Positions 16,766 through 25,778 of a stretch of DNA of 25,778 bases are shown in pieces. The DNA is taken from IMG/VR virus record IMGVR_UViG_2718218136_000006; one strand, written 5' to 3'. This DNA comes from a virus (taxonomy: Duplodnaviria; Heunggongvirae; Uroviricota; Caudoviricetes). Numbering within the stretch: the stretch's first letter is position 1; each line of letters begins with the position of its first letter. The notes beneath the pieces were generated by a model. That model ran no database searches, had not been told where the DNA came from, and was given only the letters and a program-made list of their open reading frames with translations. Position numbers and translations under genes: made by a program.

Positions 16766-16810
16766 ATGTACTTAAAGTACTTTACAATGATGAACACAAA
16801 GTACATTATA
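16766..16810 (+). promoter_or_regulatory. candidate early-left promoter with overlapping operators upstream of ydaG
   Basis: TTTACA (16781-16786), 17-18 bp spacer, CATTAT/ATTATA (16804-16810); palindrome GTACTT-A-AAGTAC (16768-16780) and further AGTACAT copies at 16766-16772 (reverse) and 16800-16806. Confidence 0.35.
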
Positions 16811-16983
16811 TACCTACCAACCCACCCCGCCCCACAGAACGCCGGGCAATACTTCGAGTTACCAGGCAGTGGTCAGGGGTTAAGTAGCCAGCCCGAGGCG
16901 TATGAACATGACGGCAGTTGTTGATTGATACAAAGCGCAGTAGATAAAACGTTCCGCCACCCGGCGTTAAGGGGAGAGATAAG

Positions 16984-17118
16984 ATGGTGCATTACGAAGT
17001 AGTTCAGTATTTGATGGATTGTTGCGATATCACTTACAGCCAAGCTGTACAGGCTCTACGCAGCAACGACTGGGATCTCTGGCAGGCAGAAGTCGCTATA
17101 CGTAGCAACAAGATGTGA
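16984..17118 (+). CDS. ydaG: YdaG, 44 aa (below ORF-track cutoff)
   Basis: ATG 16984 behind GGGGAGAG; translation MVHYEVVQYLMDCCDITYSQAVQALRSNDWDLWQAEVAIRSNKM read by hand. Confidence 0.65.
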   Translation: MVHYEVVQYLMDCCDITYSQAVQALRSNDWDLWQAEVAIRSNKM

Positions 17119-17128
17119 GATTCGCAAA

Positions 17129-17284
17129 ATGCAAAAAATCGACCTCGGCAACAACGAATCCCTGGTGTGCGGCGTGTTCCCCAACCAGGATGGAACGTTC
17201 ACTGCCATGACGTATACCAAAAGCAAAACATTTAAAACCGAAACTGGTGCGCGCCGATGGTTGGAGAAGCACACAGTAAGCTAA
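17129..17284 (+). CDS. ydaF: YdaF, 51 aa (below ORF-track cutoff)
   Basis: ATG 17129; translation MQKIDLGNNESLVCGVFPNQDGTFTAMTYTKSKTFKTETGARRWLEKHTVS read by hand; 3' end overlaps sieB 3' end by 4 bp. Confidence 0.65.
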   Translation: MQKIDLGNNESLVCGVFPNQDGTFTAMTYTKSKTFKTETGARRWLEKHTVS

Positions 17285-17769
17285 CGATTAAAACGTCTAC
17301 TCCTGCTGTTCCAGAATAACTTCATAAAATGGGAGTATTTTTCGGTGACGAGATAATAAGAACAGTTTGCGCTATCACTCTGATGTTGAATGATGCCCTT
17401 CCGTTCTAATTTTTTCATAACCGGGTTACGGCAAGGAGAAGTGATAATAAGATTTCCTGTTTTAAGGAAATCTTTAAATACAGCGATTTCTTTCTCAGAT
17501 AAACGAAGCAATACTCGTTGCTCTGGTAGTAATGAATAATGCTTTTGAATATGTGCTCGCAATCTTGAGAAGGAAATGGCGACCACGAAAGAAAAGGCAA
17601 AAACGATAATCTGAAAGAGCCAAGGTATTTCAGTATAAGCATTGAATGCGACAGTAAACTCTTTCGGTATCAGCCAGAGAGTGAGACCAAAAATGATAAT
17701 CGTATACATAAGTCTTTCGAGTGGCTCGTTAGCAAAAAATTTCAACAATGGAGTAAATACATCCAACAT
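17281..17769 (-). CDS. sieB: SieB superinfection exclusion protein, 162 aa
   Basis: ORF track 17281..17892 trimmed to ATG 17767-17769 (MLDVFTPLL...); two hydrophobic segments; recalled as Rac SieB. Confidence 0.8.
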   Translation of the reverse strand: MLDVFTPLLKFFANEPLERLMYTIIIFGLTLWLIPKEFTVAFNAYTEIPWLFQIIVFAFSFVVAISFSRLRAHIQKHYSLLPEQRVLLRLSEKEIAVFKDFLKTGNLIITSPCRNPVMKKLERKGIIQHQSDSANCSYYLVTEKYSHFMKLFWNSRSRRFNR

Positions 17770-18210
17770 ATCAATAACTCTCAACTGTAAGGGTATTGAA
17801 ATGTTAACACAAGCTCTCGCTGTAGGGGTATAGCCGAGACCACCGAAGCCCGGAGGTGGTGAAATAAAACCGGGCACAACACGAAGGCGCATTTCCGATA
17901 TCCATAAAGAGTCGGTCTTGTCTGTTAAATTTAAATGGTGGGAGTGCGCCTCCGGTTGTAAATAACGACATTGCTGTGTGTAGTCCTGGCGGCATCAGTT
18001 TTTTTCTTGAAGTTCGGCTGATGTCCGCCCTTTTTAAAGTGAATTTTGTGATGCGGTGAATGCGGCTAAGCGCACGTGGCACAGTTAAAAGTCATGTTAG
18101 TCCTTATTGGTTTGGGTGGGAAAGCCGATTGTAATTGTTAACTGGTTGCAGTCACCTGGAGGCACCAGGCACCGCATCAACAAAGTTCATTTGTAAAAAT
18201 GGAGATAATT

Positions 18211-18432
18211 ATGATTGCACATCACTTCGGAACTGATGAAATACCACGTCAGTGTGTGACTCCTGGCGATTATGTTCTTCATGAAGGCCGGACATATATT
18301 GCCTCGGCAAACAATATTAAAAAGCGAAAACTATATATTCGTAACCTGACCACAAAAACATGCATTACTGACCGCATGATTAAAGTCTTCCTCGGTCGTG
18401 ATGGTTTACCTGTAAAGGCGGAGTCATGGTGA
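18211..18432 (+). CDS. kilR: KilR (FtsZ-targeting killing protein), 73 aa
   Basis: ORF track 18199..18432 trimmed to ATG 18211 behind GGAGA; sequence [16 protein letters not shown]... recalled as KilR. Confidence 0.85.
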   Translation: MIAHHFGTDEIPRQCVTPGDYVLHEGRTYIASANNIKKRKLYIRNLTTKTCITDRMIKVFLGRDGLPVKAESW

Positions 18433-18602
18433 TGACTAAGAAAATAAAATGTGCTTACCACCTTTGCAAAAAAGACGTTGAAGAAAGCAAAGCTATTGAA
18501 AGAATGCTTCACTTCATGCACGGGATTTTATCAAAAGACGAACCGAGAAAATATTGCAGTGAAGCTTGTGCCGAAAAAGACCAGATGGCACATGAACTTT
18601 AA
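18432..18602 (+). CDS. ydaE: YdaE, 56 aa, Cys-rich small protein (below ORF-track cutoff)
   Basis: ATG 18432 (alternative ATG 18426) after AAGGCGGAG; translation [18 protein letters not shown]...KYCSEACAEKDQMAHEL read by hand. Confidence 0.65.
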   Translation: MTKKIKCAYHLCKKDVEESKAIERMLHFMHGILSKDEPRKYCSEACAEKDQMAHEL

Positions 18603-18676
18603 TTAATTGACTATTCGAAACTGAATTTATGCCAGAAATGGCAGGTATTCGCTCAACCTTAATTAAGGAGAAAAAC

Positions 18677-18952
18677 ATGATTACCAATTATGAAGCCACT
18701 GTTGTAACTACCGATGACATTGTTCACGAGGTGAATCTGGAAGGAAAGCGCATTGGCTACGTAATTAAAACAGAAAATAAAGAAACCCCATTCACTGTGG
18801 TTGATATCGATGGTCCATCAGGCAACGTAAAAACACTTGATGAAGGTGTCAAAAAAATGTGCCTGGTGCATATCGGAAAGAATCTGCCCACAGAAAAAAA
18901 AGCCGAATTTCTGGCAACTCTAATTGCAATGAAATTAAAAGGTGAAATCTGA
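18677..18952 (+). CDS. racC: RacC, 91 aa
   Basis: ORF track 18629..18952 trimmed to ATG 18677 behind AAGGAG; sequence MITNYEATVVTTDDIVHEV... recalled as RacC. Confidence 0.85.
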   Translation: MITNYEATVVTTDDIVHEVNLEGKRIGYVIKTENKETPFTVVDIDGPSGNVKTLDEGVKKMCLVHIGKNLPTEKKAEFLATLIAMKLKGEI

Positions 18953-19053
18953 AAGAAATAGCCTGCGTATGACGCAGGCTATGAACAGTGTGTATCCGGC
19001 AAGATCATTCACTGAACAAAACGAATTTTAATCTGAGTTGAGGTTAAAAAACA

Positions 19054-21654
19054 ATGAGCACAAAACCACTCTTCCTGTTACGGAAAGCGAAAAAATCATC
19101 CGGTGAACCTGACGTCGTCCTGTGGGCAAGCAACGATTTTGAATCGACCTGTGCCACTCTGGACTACCTGATCGTTAAGTCAGGTAAAAAACTGAGCAGC
19201 TATTTTAAAGCTGTTGCCACGAATTTTCCTGTCGTTAATGACCTGCCCGCTGAAGGTGAGATCGATTTTACCTGGAGTGAACGCTATCAACTCAGCAAAG
19301 ACTCCATGACATGGGAACTAAAACCGGGAGCAGCACCAGACAACGCTCACTATCAAGGCAATACCAACGTCAACGGCGAAGACATGACTGAGATTGAGGA
19401 GAATATGCTACTCCCAATTTCTGGCCAGGAACTGCCCATTCGTTGGCTTGCTCAACACGGCAGCGAAAAACCGGTAACGCACGTTTCACGCGACGGACTC
19501 CAGGCATTACACATTGCTCGGGCTGAAGAACTACCGGCTGTTACTGCCCTGGCTGTTTCCCACAAAACCAGCCTGCTCGACCCGCTGGAAATTCGCGAAC
19601 TCCACAAACTGGTTCGTGACACTGACAAAGTTTTCCCTAATCCTGGTAATTCAAACCTGGGACTGATAACTGCTTTTTTCGAAGCATACCTGAACGCTGA
19701 CTACACCGATCGAGGACTGCTGACAAAAGAGTGGATGAAGGGTAATCGTGTTTCACACATCACTCGCACGGCTTCCGGTGCTAATGCTGGCGGCGGAAAC
19801 CTCACCGATCGCGGCGAAGGTTTCGTACACGATCTGACGTCACTGGCGCGCGACGTAGCCACTGGCGTACTGGCCCGTTCAATGGATCTGGACATCTATA
19901 ACCTTCATCCGGCACACGCTAAACGCATTGAGGAAATTATCGCTGAAAATAAACCGCCCTTTTCTGTTTTCCGCGACAAATTCATCACCATGCCTGGCGG
20001 GCTGGATTATTCCCGCGCCATCGTGGTTGCGTCCGTAAAAGAAGCACCAATTGGGATCGAGGTCATCCCCGCGCACGTCACTGAATATCTGAACAAAGTA
20101 CTGACTGAAACCGATCATGCCAACCCTGATCCGGAAATCGTGGATATTGCCTGCGGTCGCTCCTCTGCCCCGATGCCGCAGCGAGTAACAGAAGAAGGAA
20201 AACAGGATGATGAAGAAAAACCGCAACCATCTGGAACAACGGCAGTTGAACAGGGAGAGGCTGAAACAATGGAACAGGACGCAACTGAACATCATCAGGA
20301 CACGCAGCCGCTGGATGCTCAGTCACAGGTAAATTCTGTTGATGCGAAATATCAGGAACTGCGGGCAGAACTCCATGAAGCCCGGAAAAACATTCCATCA
20401 AAAAATCCTGTCGATGCCGATAAATTGCTTGCTGCATCACGTGGTGAATTTGTTGACGGAATTAGCGACCCGAACGATCCGAAATGGGTAAAGGGGATCC
20501 AGACTCGCGATTGTGTGTACCAGAACCAGCCAGAAACGGAAAAAACCAGCCCGGATATGAATCAACCTGAGCCAGTAGTGCAACAGGAACCGGAAATAGC
20601 CTGCAATGCCTGCGGCCAGACTGGCGGGGATAACTGCCCTGACTGTGGTGCGGTGATGGGCGACGCAACATACCAGGAAACATTCGATGAAGAGAGTCAG
20701 GTTGAAGCTAAGGAAAATGATCCGGAGGAAATGGAAGGCGCTGAACATCCGCACAATGAGAATGCTGGCAGCGATCCGCATCGCGATTGCAGTGATGAAA
20801 CTGGCGAAGTCGCAGATCCCGTAATCGTAGAAGACATAGAGCCAGGTATTTATTACGGAATTTCGAATGAGAATTACCACGCGGGTCCCGGTATCAGTAA
20901 GTCTCAGCTCGATGACATTGCTGATACTCCGGCACTATATTTGTGGCGTAAAAATGCCCCCGTGGACACCACAAAGACAAAAACGCTCGATTTAGGAACT
21001 GCTTTCCACTGCCGGGTACTTGAACAGGAAGAATTCAGTAACCGCTTTATCGTAGCACCTGAATTTAACCGCCGTACAAACGCCGGAAAAGAAGAAGAGA
21101 AAGCGTTTCTGATGGAATGCGCAAGCACAGGAAAAACGGTTATCACTGCGGAAGAAGGCCGGAAAATTGAACTCATGTATCAAAGCGTTATGGCTTTGCC
21201 GCTGGGGCAATGGCTTGTTGAAAGCGCCGGACACGCTGAATCATCAATTTACTGGGAAGATCCTGAAACAGGAATTTTGTGTCGGTGCCGTCCGGACAAA
21301 ATTATCCCTGAATTTCACTGGATCATGGACGTGAAAACTACGGCGGATATTCAACGATTCAAAACCGCTTATTACGACTACCGCTATCACGTTCAGGATG
21401 CATTCTACAGTGACGGTTATGAAGCACAGTTTGGAGTGCAGCCAACTTTCGTTTTTCTGGTTGCCAGCACAACTATTGAATGCGGACGTTATCCGGTTGA
21501 AATTTTCATGATGGGCGAAGAAGCAAAACTGGCAGGTCAACAGGAATATCACCGCAATCTGCGAACCCTGTCTGACTGCCTGAATACCGATGAATGGCCA
21601 GCTATTAAGACATTATCACTGCCCCGCTGGGCTAAGGAATATGCAAATGACTAA
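19054..21654 (+). CDS. recE: RecE exonuclease VIII, 866 aa, intact
   Basis: ORF track; length and sequence recalled as Rac RecE; 3' end overlaps recT start. Confidence 0.95.
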   Translation: MSTKPLFLLRKAKKSSGEPDVVLWASNDFESTCATLDYLIVKSGKKLSSYFKAVATNFPVVNDLPAEGEIDFTWSERYQLSKDSMTWELKPGAAPDNAHYQGNTNVNGEDMTEIEENMLLPISGQELPIRWLAQHGSEKPVTHVSRDGLQALHIARAEELPAVTALAVSHKTSLLDPLEIRELHKLVRDTDKVFPNPGNSNLGLITAFFEAYLNADYTDRGLLTKEWMKGNRVSHITRTASGANAGGGNLTDRGEGFVHDLTSLARDVATGVLARSMDLDIYNLHPAHAKRIEEIIAENKPPFSVFRDKFITMPGGLDYSRAIVVASVKEAPIGIEVIPAHVTEYLNKVLTETDHANPDPEIVDIACGRSSAPMPQRVTEEGKQDDEEKPQPSGTTAVEQGEAETMEQDATEHHQDTQPLDAQSQVNSVDAKYQELRAELHEARKNIPSKNPVDADKLLAASRGEFVDGISDPNDPKWVKGIQTRDCVYQNQPETEKTSPDMNQPEPVVQQEPEIACNACGQTGGDNCPDCGAVMGDATYQETFDEESQVEAKENDPEEMEGAEHPHNENAGSDPHRDCSDETGEVADPVIVEDIEPGIYYGISNENYHAGPGISKSQLDDIADTPALYLWRKNAPVDTTKTKTLDLGTAFHCRVLEQEEFSNRFIVAPEFNRRTNAGKEEEKAFLMECASTGKTVITAEEGRKIELMYQSVMALPLGQWLVESAGHAESSIYWEDPETGILCRCRPDKIIPEFHWIMDVKTTADIQRFKTAYYDYRYHVQDAFYSDGYEAQFGVQPTFVFLVASTTIECGRYPVEIFMMGEEAKLAGQQEYHRNLRTLSDCLNTDEWPAIKTLSLPRWAKEYAND

Positions 21655-22456
21655 GCAACCACCAATCGCAAAAGCCGATCTGCAAAAAACTCAGGGAAAC
21701 CGTGCACCAGCAGCAGTTAAAAATAGCGACGTGATTAGTTTTATTAACCAGCCATCAATGAAAGAGCAACTGGCAGCAGCTCTTCCACGCCATATGACGG
21801 CTGAACGTATGATCCGTATCGCCACCACAGAAATTCGTAAAGTTCCGGCGTTAGGAAACTGTGACACTATGAGTTTTGTCAGTGCGATCGTACAGTGTTC
21901 ACAGCTCGGACTTGAGCCAGGTAGCGCCCTCGGTCATGCATATTTACTGCCTTTTGGTAATAAAAACGAAAAGAGCGGTAAAAAGAACGTTCAGCTAATC
22001 ATTGGCTATCGCGGCATGATTGATCTGGCTCGCCGTTCTGGTCAAATCGCCAGCCTGTCAGCCCGTGTTGTCCGTGAAGGTGACGAGTTTAGCTTCGAAT
22101 TTGGCCTTGATGAAAAGTTAATACACCGCCCGGGAGAAAACGAAGATGCCCCGGTTACCCACGTCTATGCTGTCGCAAGACTGAAAGACGGAGGTACTCA
22201 GTTTGAAGTTATGACGCGCAAACAGATTGAGCTGGTGCGCAGCCTGAGTAAAGCTGGTAATAACGGGCCGTGGGTAACTCACTGGGAAGAAATGGCAAAG
22301 AAAACGGCTATTCGTCGCCTGTTCAAATATCTGCCCGTATCAATTGAGATCCAGCGTGCAGTATCAATGGATGAAAAGGAACCACTGACAATCGATCCTG
22401 CAGATTCCTCTGTATTAACCGGGGAATACAGTGTAATCGATAATTCAGAGGAATAA
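21647..22456 (+). CDS. recT: RecT single-strand annealing protein, 269 aa
   Basis: ORF track 21590..22456 trimmed to ATG 21647 ([13 protein letters not shown]...), overlapping the last codons of recE. Confidence 0.95.
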   Translation: MTKQPPIAKADLQKTQGNRAPAAVKNSDVISFINQPSMKEQLAAALPRHMTAERMIRIATTEIRKVPALGNCDTMSFVSAIVQCSQLGLEPGSALGHAYLLPFGNKNEKSGKKNVQLIIGYRGMIDLARRSGQIASLSARVVREGDEFSFEFGLDEKLIHRPGENEDAPVTHVYAVARLKDGGTQFEVMTRKQIELVRSLSKAGNNGPWVTHWEEMAKKTAIRRLFKYLPVSIEIQRAVSMDEKEPLTIDPADSSVLTGEYSVIDNSEE

Positions 22457-22512
22457 TTCAGCCTGGCGGTGTAATGCACCGCCAACTTGAAATATTTTTT
22501 ATGAGAAAAATT

Positions 22513-22707
22513 ATGAGATATGACAATGTTAAACCATGTCCATTTTGTGGTTGTCCATCAGTAACGGTGAAAGTCATTTCAGGATATTACCGAGCGAAGT
22601 GTAACGGATGCGAATCCCGAACCGGTTATGGTGGAAGTGAAAGAGAAGCACTCGAAAGATGGAATAAACGAACCACTGGAAATAATAACGGAGGTGTTCA
22701 TGTATAA
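22513..22707 (+). CDS. ralR: RalR (Lar) restriction-alleviation protein, 64 aa
   Basis: ORF track 22474..22707 trimmed to ATG 22513 (MRYDNVKPCPFCGC...); Cys-rich zinc-ribbon-like pattern. Confidence 0.8.
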   Translation: MRYDNVKPCPFCGCPSVTVKVISGYYRAKCNGCESRTGYGGSEREALERWNKRTTGNNNGGVHV

Positions 22708-22888
22708 AATTACCGCTACTATTGAAAAGGAAGGTGGCACTCCTACTAACTGGACAAGATATTCAAAATCTAAACTAACGAAATCAGAATGCGAAAAAAT
22801 GCTCTCAGGTAAAAAAGAAGCAGGCGTTTCCAGAGAGCAGAAAGTAAAACTGATAAATTTTAATTGCGAGAAACTTCAGTCCTCGTGA
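22700..22888 (+). CDS. ydaC: YdaC, 62 aa
   Basis: ATG 22700 behind GGAGG, overlapping ralR end by 8 nt; ORF track 22628..22888. Confidence 0.65.
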   Translation: MYKITATIEKEGGTPTNWTRYSKSKLTKSECEKMLSGKKEAGVSREQKVKLINFNCEKLQSS

Positions 22889-22920
22889 ATTGCATTGTAT
22901 TCAAATTAAAACTTCATAGC

Positions 22921-22936
22921 TGATTATTAATAATCA
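22921..22936. repeat. perfect 16-bp palindrome TGATTATTAATAATCA upstream of xisR
   Basis: Directly read; lies 50 bp upstream of the excisionase start. Confidence 0.7.
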
Positions 22937-22987
22937 ACATCGGGCGTCAATTTCAGTCTAACATTGGCGCCTGCCAGAGGTGATGCG

Positions 22988-23203
22988 ATGGCACAAGTAA
23001 TCTTTAATGAAGAGTGGATGGTTGAATACGGCCTGATGCTTCGCACTGGTCTGGGGGCCAGACAAATTGAAGCATACCGCCAGAACTGTTGGGTGGAGGG
23101 CTTCCACTTCAAACGAGTATCTCCTTTAGGTAAGCCAGACAGCAAACGAGGGATTATCTGGTACAACTATCCAAAGATAAATCAGTTTATCAAAGACTCA
23201 TGA
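22988..23203 (+). CDS. xisR: XisR excisionase, 71 aa
   Basis: ORF track 22964..23203 (TTG) trimmed to ATG 22988 behind GAGGTG; stop overlaps intR start region. Confidence 0.8.
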   Translation: MAQVIFNEEWMVEYGLMLRTGLGARQIEAYRQNCWVEGFHFKRVSPLGKPDSKRGIIWYNYPKINQFIKDS

Positions 23204-23204
23204 T

Positions 23205-23640
23205 ATGTCTAAATTACCAACAGGTGTCGAGATTAGAGGTAGATACATTCGCATCTGGTTCATGTTTCGAGGAAAACGATGTCGGGAAACATTAAAAGGC
23301 TGGGAGATTACAAACAGTAATATTAAAAAGGCCGGAAATTTAAGAGCGCTGATAGTTCATGAAATAAACTCCGGTGAATTTGAGTATTTAAGACGTTTTC
23401 CCCAGTCCAGCACTGGGGCAAAAATGGTGACAACGAGAGTCATAAAAACGTTCGGAGAGCTTTGTGATATCTGGACAAAAATTAAAGAGACAGAGTTAAC
23501 AACAAACACAATGAAGAAAACGAAATCACAATTAAAAACACTCAGAATAATAATTTGTGAAAGTACCCTGATATCACATATTCGTTATAGCGATATCTTA
23601 AACTACCGGAATGAACTGCTGCATGGAGAAACGCTTTACC
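23205..23640 (+). pseudogene. intR: intR integrase, 5' fragment (145 codons), interrupted by IS10
   Basis: ATG 23205; frame runs into IS10 at 23641 and terminates after 11 IS-encoded codons; arm-binding-type N-terminus. Confidence 0.9.
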
Positions 23641-24969
23641 CTGAGAGATCCCCTCATAATTTCCCCAAAGCGTAACCATGTGTGAATAAATTTTGAGCTA
23701 GTAGGGTTGCAGCCACGAGTAAGTCTTCCCTTGTTATTGTGTAGCCAGAATGCCGCAAAACTTCCATGCCTAAGCGAACTGTTGAGAGTACGTTTCGATT
23801 TCTGACTGTGTTAGCCTGGAAGTGCTTGTCCCAACCTTGTTTCTGAGCATGAACGCCCGCAAGCCAACATGTTAGTTGAAGCATCAGGGCGATTAGCAGC
23901 ATGATATCAAAACGCTCTGAGCTGCTCGTTCGGCTATGGCGTAGGCCTAGTCCGTAGGCAGGACTTTTCAAGTCTCGGAAGGTTTCTTCAATCTGCATTC
24001 GCTTCGAATAGATATTAACAAGTTGTTTGGGTGTTCGAATTTCAACAGGTAAGTTAGTTGCTAGAACCCATGGCTCCTTTGCCGACGCTGAGTAGATTTT
24101 AGGTGACGGGTGGTGACAATGAGTCCGTGTCGAGCGCTGATTTTTTCGGCCTTTAGAGCGAGATTTATACAATAGAATTTGGCATGAGATTGGATTGCTT
24201 TTAGTCAGCCTCTTATAGCCTAAAGTCTTTGAGTGACTAGATGACATATCATGTAAGTTGCTGATAGGTTTCCAGTTTTCCGCTCCTAGGTCTGCATATT
24301 GTACTTTTCCTCTTACTCGACTTAACCAGTACCAACCCAGCTTCTCAACGGATTTATACCATGGCACTTTAAAGCCAGCATCACTGACAATGAGCGGTGT
24401 GGTGTTACTCGGTAGAATGCTCGCAAGGTCGGCTAGAAATTGGTCATGAGCTTTCTTTGAACATTGCTCTGAAAGCGGGAACGCTTTCTCATAAAGAGTA
24501 ACAGAACGACCGTGTAGTGCGACTGAAGCTCGCAATACCATAAGTCGTTTTTGCTCACGAATATCAGACCAGTCAACAAGTACAATGGGCATCGTATTGC
24601 CCGAACAGATAAAGCTAGCATGCCAACGGTATACAGCGAGTCGCTCTTTGTGGAGGTGACGATTACCTAACAATCGGTCGATTCGTTTGATGTTATGTTT
24701 TGTTCTCGCTTTGGTTGGCAGGTTACGGCCAAGTTCGGTAAGAGTGAGAGTTTTACAGTCAAGTAATGCGTGGCAAGCCAACGTTAAGCTGTTGAGTCGT
24801 TTTAAGTGTAATTCGGGGCAGAATTGGTAAAGAGAGTCGTGTAAAATATCGAGTTCGCACATCTTGTTGTCTGATTATTGATTTTTCGCGAAACCATTTG
24901 ATCATATGACAAGATGTGTATCTACCTTAACTTAATGATTTTGATAAAAATCATTAGGGGATTCATCAG
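23641..24969 (-). mobile_element. IS10 copy 2 (1329 bp), flanked by 9-bp direct duplication CGCTTTACC (23632-23640 and 24970-24978)
   Basis: Same termini as copy 1; 9-bp flanking repeat read from sequence; same orientation as copy 1. Confidence 0.95.
23654..24862 (-). CDS. IS10 transposase, 402 aa
   Basis: ORF track; protein identical to the copy-1 transposase. Confidence 0.95.
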   Translation of the reverse strand: MCELDILHDSLYQFCPELHLKRLNSLTLACHALLDCKTLTLTELGRNLPTKARTKHNIKRIDRLLGNRHLHKERLAVYRWHASFICSGNTMPIVLVDWSDIREQKRLMVLRASVALHGRSVTLYEKAFPLSEQCSKKAHDQFLADLASILPSNTTPLIVSDAGFKVPWYKSVEKLGWYWLSRVRGKVQYADLGAENWKPISNLHDMSSSHSKTLGYKRLTKSNPISCQILLYKSRSKGRKNQRSTRTHCHHPSPKIYSASAKEPWVLATNLPVEIRTPKQLVNIYSKRMQIEETFRDLKSPAYGLGLRHSRTSSSERFDIMLLIALMLQLTCWLAGVHAQKQGWDKHFQANTVRNRNVLSTVRLGMEVLRHSGYTITREDLLVAATLLAQNLFTHGYALGKL

Positions 24970-25778
24970 CGCTTTACCTGGATAATCCAAGATCCAACAA
25001 AAAAGGAAGAACCGTGCGCACAGTTGATAACTATATCGCCCTGCTCTGTTCGCTGTTACGTTTTGCGTATCAGTCGGGATTTATATCAACCAAACCATTT
25101 GAAGGAGTAAAAAAATTACAGCGAAACAGAATAAAGCCTGATCCGTTATCTAAAACAGAATTCAATGCATTAATGGAAAGTGAAAAAGGACAGAGCCAGA
25201 ACATGTGGAAATTTGCAGTTTACTCAGGACTTCGTCACGGGGAACTGGCAGCTCTGGCGTGGGAGGATGTGGATCTCGAAAAGGGAATAGTGAATGTCAG
25301 AAGAAACCTGACGATACTTGATATGTTCGGTCCCCCAAAAACAAATGCCGGGATCCGGACAGTAACACTACTGCAGCCTGCTCTTGAAGCACTGAAGGAG
25401 CAATACAAACTGACCGGGCATCATCGCAAAAGCGAAATCACCTTTTATCATCGGGAGTACGGCAGAACCGAAAAGCAAAAACTGCATTTTGTTTTCATGC
25501 CCAGGGTGTGTAACGGAAAACAAAAACCTTATTACTCGGTAAGCAGTTTGGGGGCAAGGTGGAATGCAGCAGTAAAACGTGCTGGTATTCGCCGCCGTAA
25601 TCCGTACCATACGCGGCATACTTTTGCCTGCTGGCTGTTGACGGCAGGAGCGAACCCGGCATTTATAGCCAGCCAAATGGGGCATGAAACTGCGCAGATG
25701 GTGTATGAAATTTACGGTATGTGGATTGATGACATGAACGACGAACAGATAGCCATGTTGAATGCGCGGTTATCATAG
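24970..25778 (+). pseudogene. intR: intR integrase, 3' fragment with tyrosine-recombinase catalytic region
   Basis: Frame resumes in register after the duplicated 9 bp (CTG at 24978-24980); catalytic-region motifs HTRHTFACWLL and ...EIYGMW; stop at 25776-25778. Confidence 0.9.

Noticed and set aside
17056-17274. 72-aa minus-strand ORF
   Set aside because: Antisense to the hand-translated ydaG and ydaF genes, which have good ribosome-binding sites and recognisable products.
17804-18082. 92-aa minus-strand ORF upstream of sieB, and the 203-aa extended sieB ORF
   Set aside because: sieB has a clear ATG at 17769; the upstream frame is Arg/Ser/Pro-rich with no start signal and lies in the sieB-kilR control region.
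19701-21552. Several minus-strand ORFs of 64-147 aa inside recE (19701..19895, 19879..20295, 20078..20440, 20437..20880, 20462..20683, 20904..21176, 20992..21234, 21244..21552)
   Set aside because: All lie antisense within the intact 866-aa recE frame, have no ribosome-binding sites and low-complexity composition; taken as chance open frames.
22464-22500. Hairpin GGCGGTG/CACCGCC after recT as a terminator
   Set aside because: The T-run begins about 10 nt after the stem, and ralR lies immediately downstream on the same strand, so it is not a convincing intrinsic terminator.
8088-24969. The two IS10 copies as ends of a single composite transposon
   Set aside because: Each copy has its own distinct 9-bp target duplication, and the copies are direct rather than inverted.

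Overview
This window is a slice of a Rac-type lambdoid prophage of Escherichia coli, running from the late/lysis side on the left to the integrase on the right. All calls rest on reading the sequence and the ORF track and on recalled protein families; no database search was run.

Gene order, left to right: a ParB-like nuclease-domain gene, the trkG potassium-uptake moron, a lysis cassette (Rz/Rz1, SAR endolysin, a YdfR-like gene, an S21-type pinholin), a tRNA-Thr/tRNA-Gly pair, a Q-like antiterminator with nin-region genes, an AT-rich cargo island, the replication and immunity module (ydaV, ydaU, ydaT, ydaS, racR), and the early-left operon (ydaG, ydaF, sieB, kilR, ydaE, racC, recE, recT, ralR, ydaC, xisR, intR).

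The most interesting locus is the AT-rich island at about 6.9-12.5 kb. It carries a two-gene operon: a Dcm-family C5-cytosine methyltransferase overlapping a 660-codon MORC/MutL-like GHKL ATPase. I read this as a candidate ATP-dependent restriction-modification-like or defence module. Both genes are damaged: the methyltransferase has a single-base frameshift in an A5 run, and the ATPase has lost its last 37 codons to an IS10 insertion.

Two apparently identical 1329-bp IS10 copies lie in direct orientation, each with its own 9-bp target duplication. The second one splits the integrase gene intR, so the prophage is probably locked in place.

Other points are a possible second A5-run frameshift in racR, recurring AGTACAT operator-like motifs in both immunity control regions, and several small Rac genes (ydaG, ydaF, ydaE) that fall below the ORF-track size cutoff.
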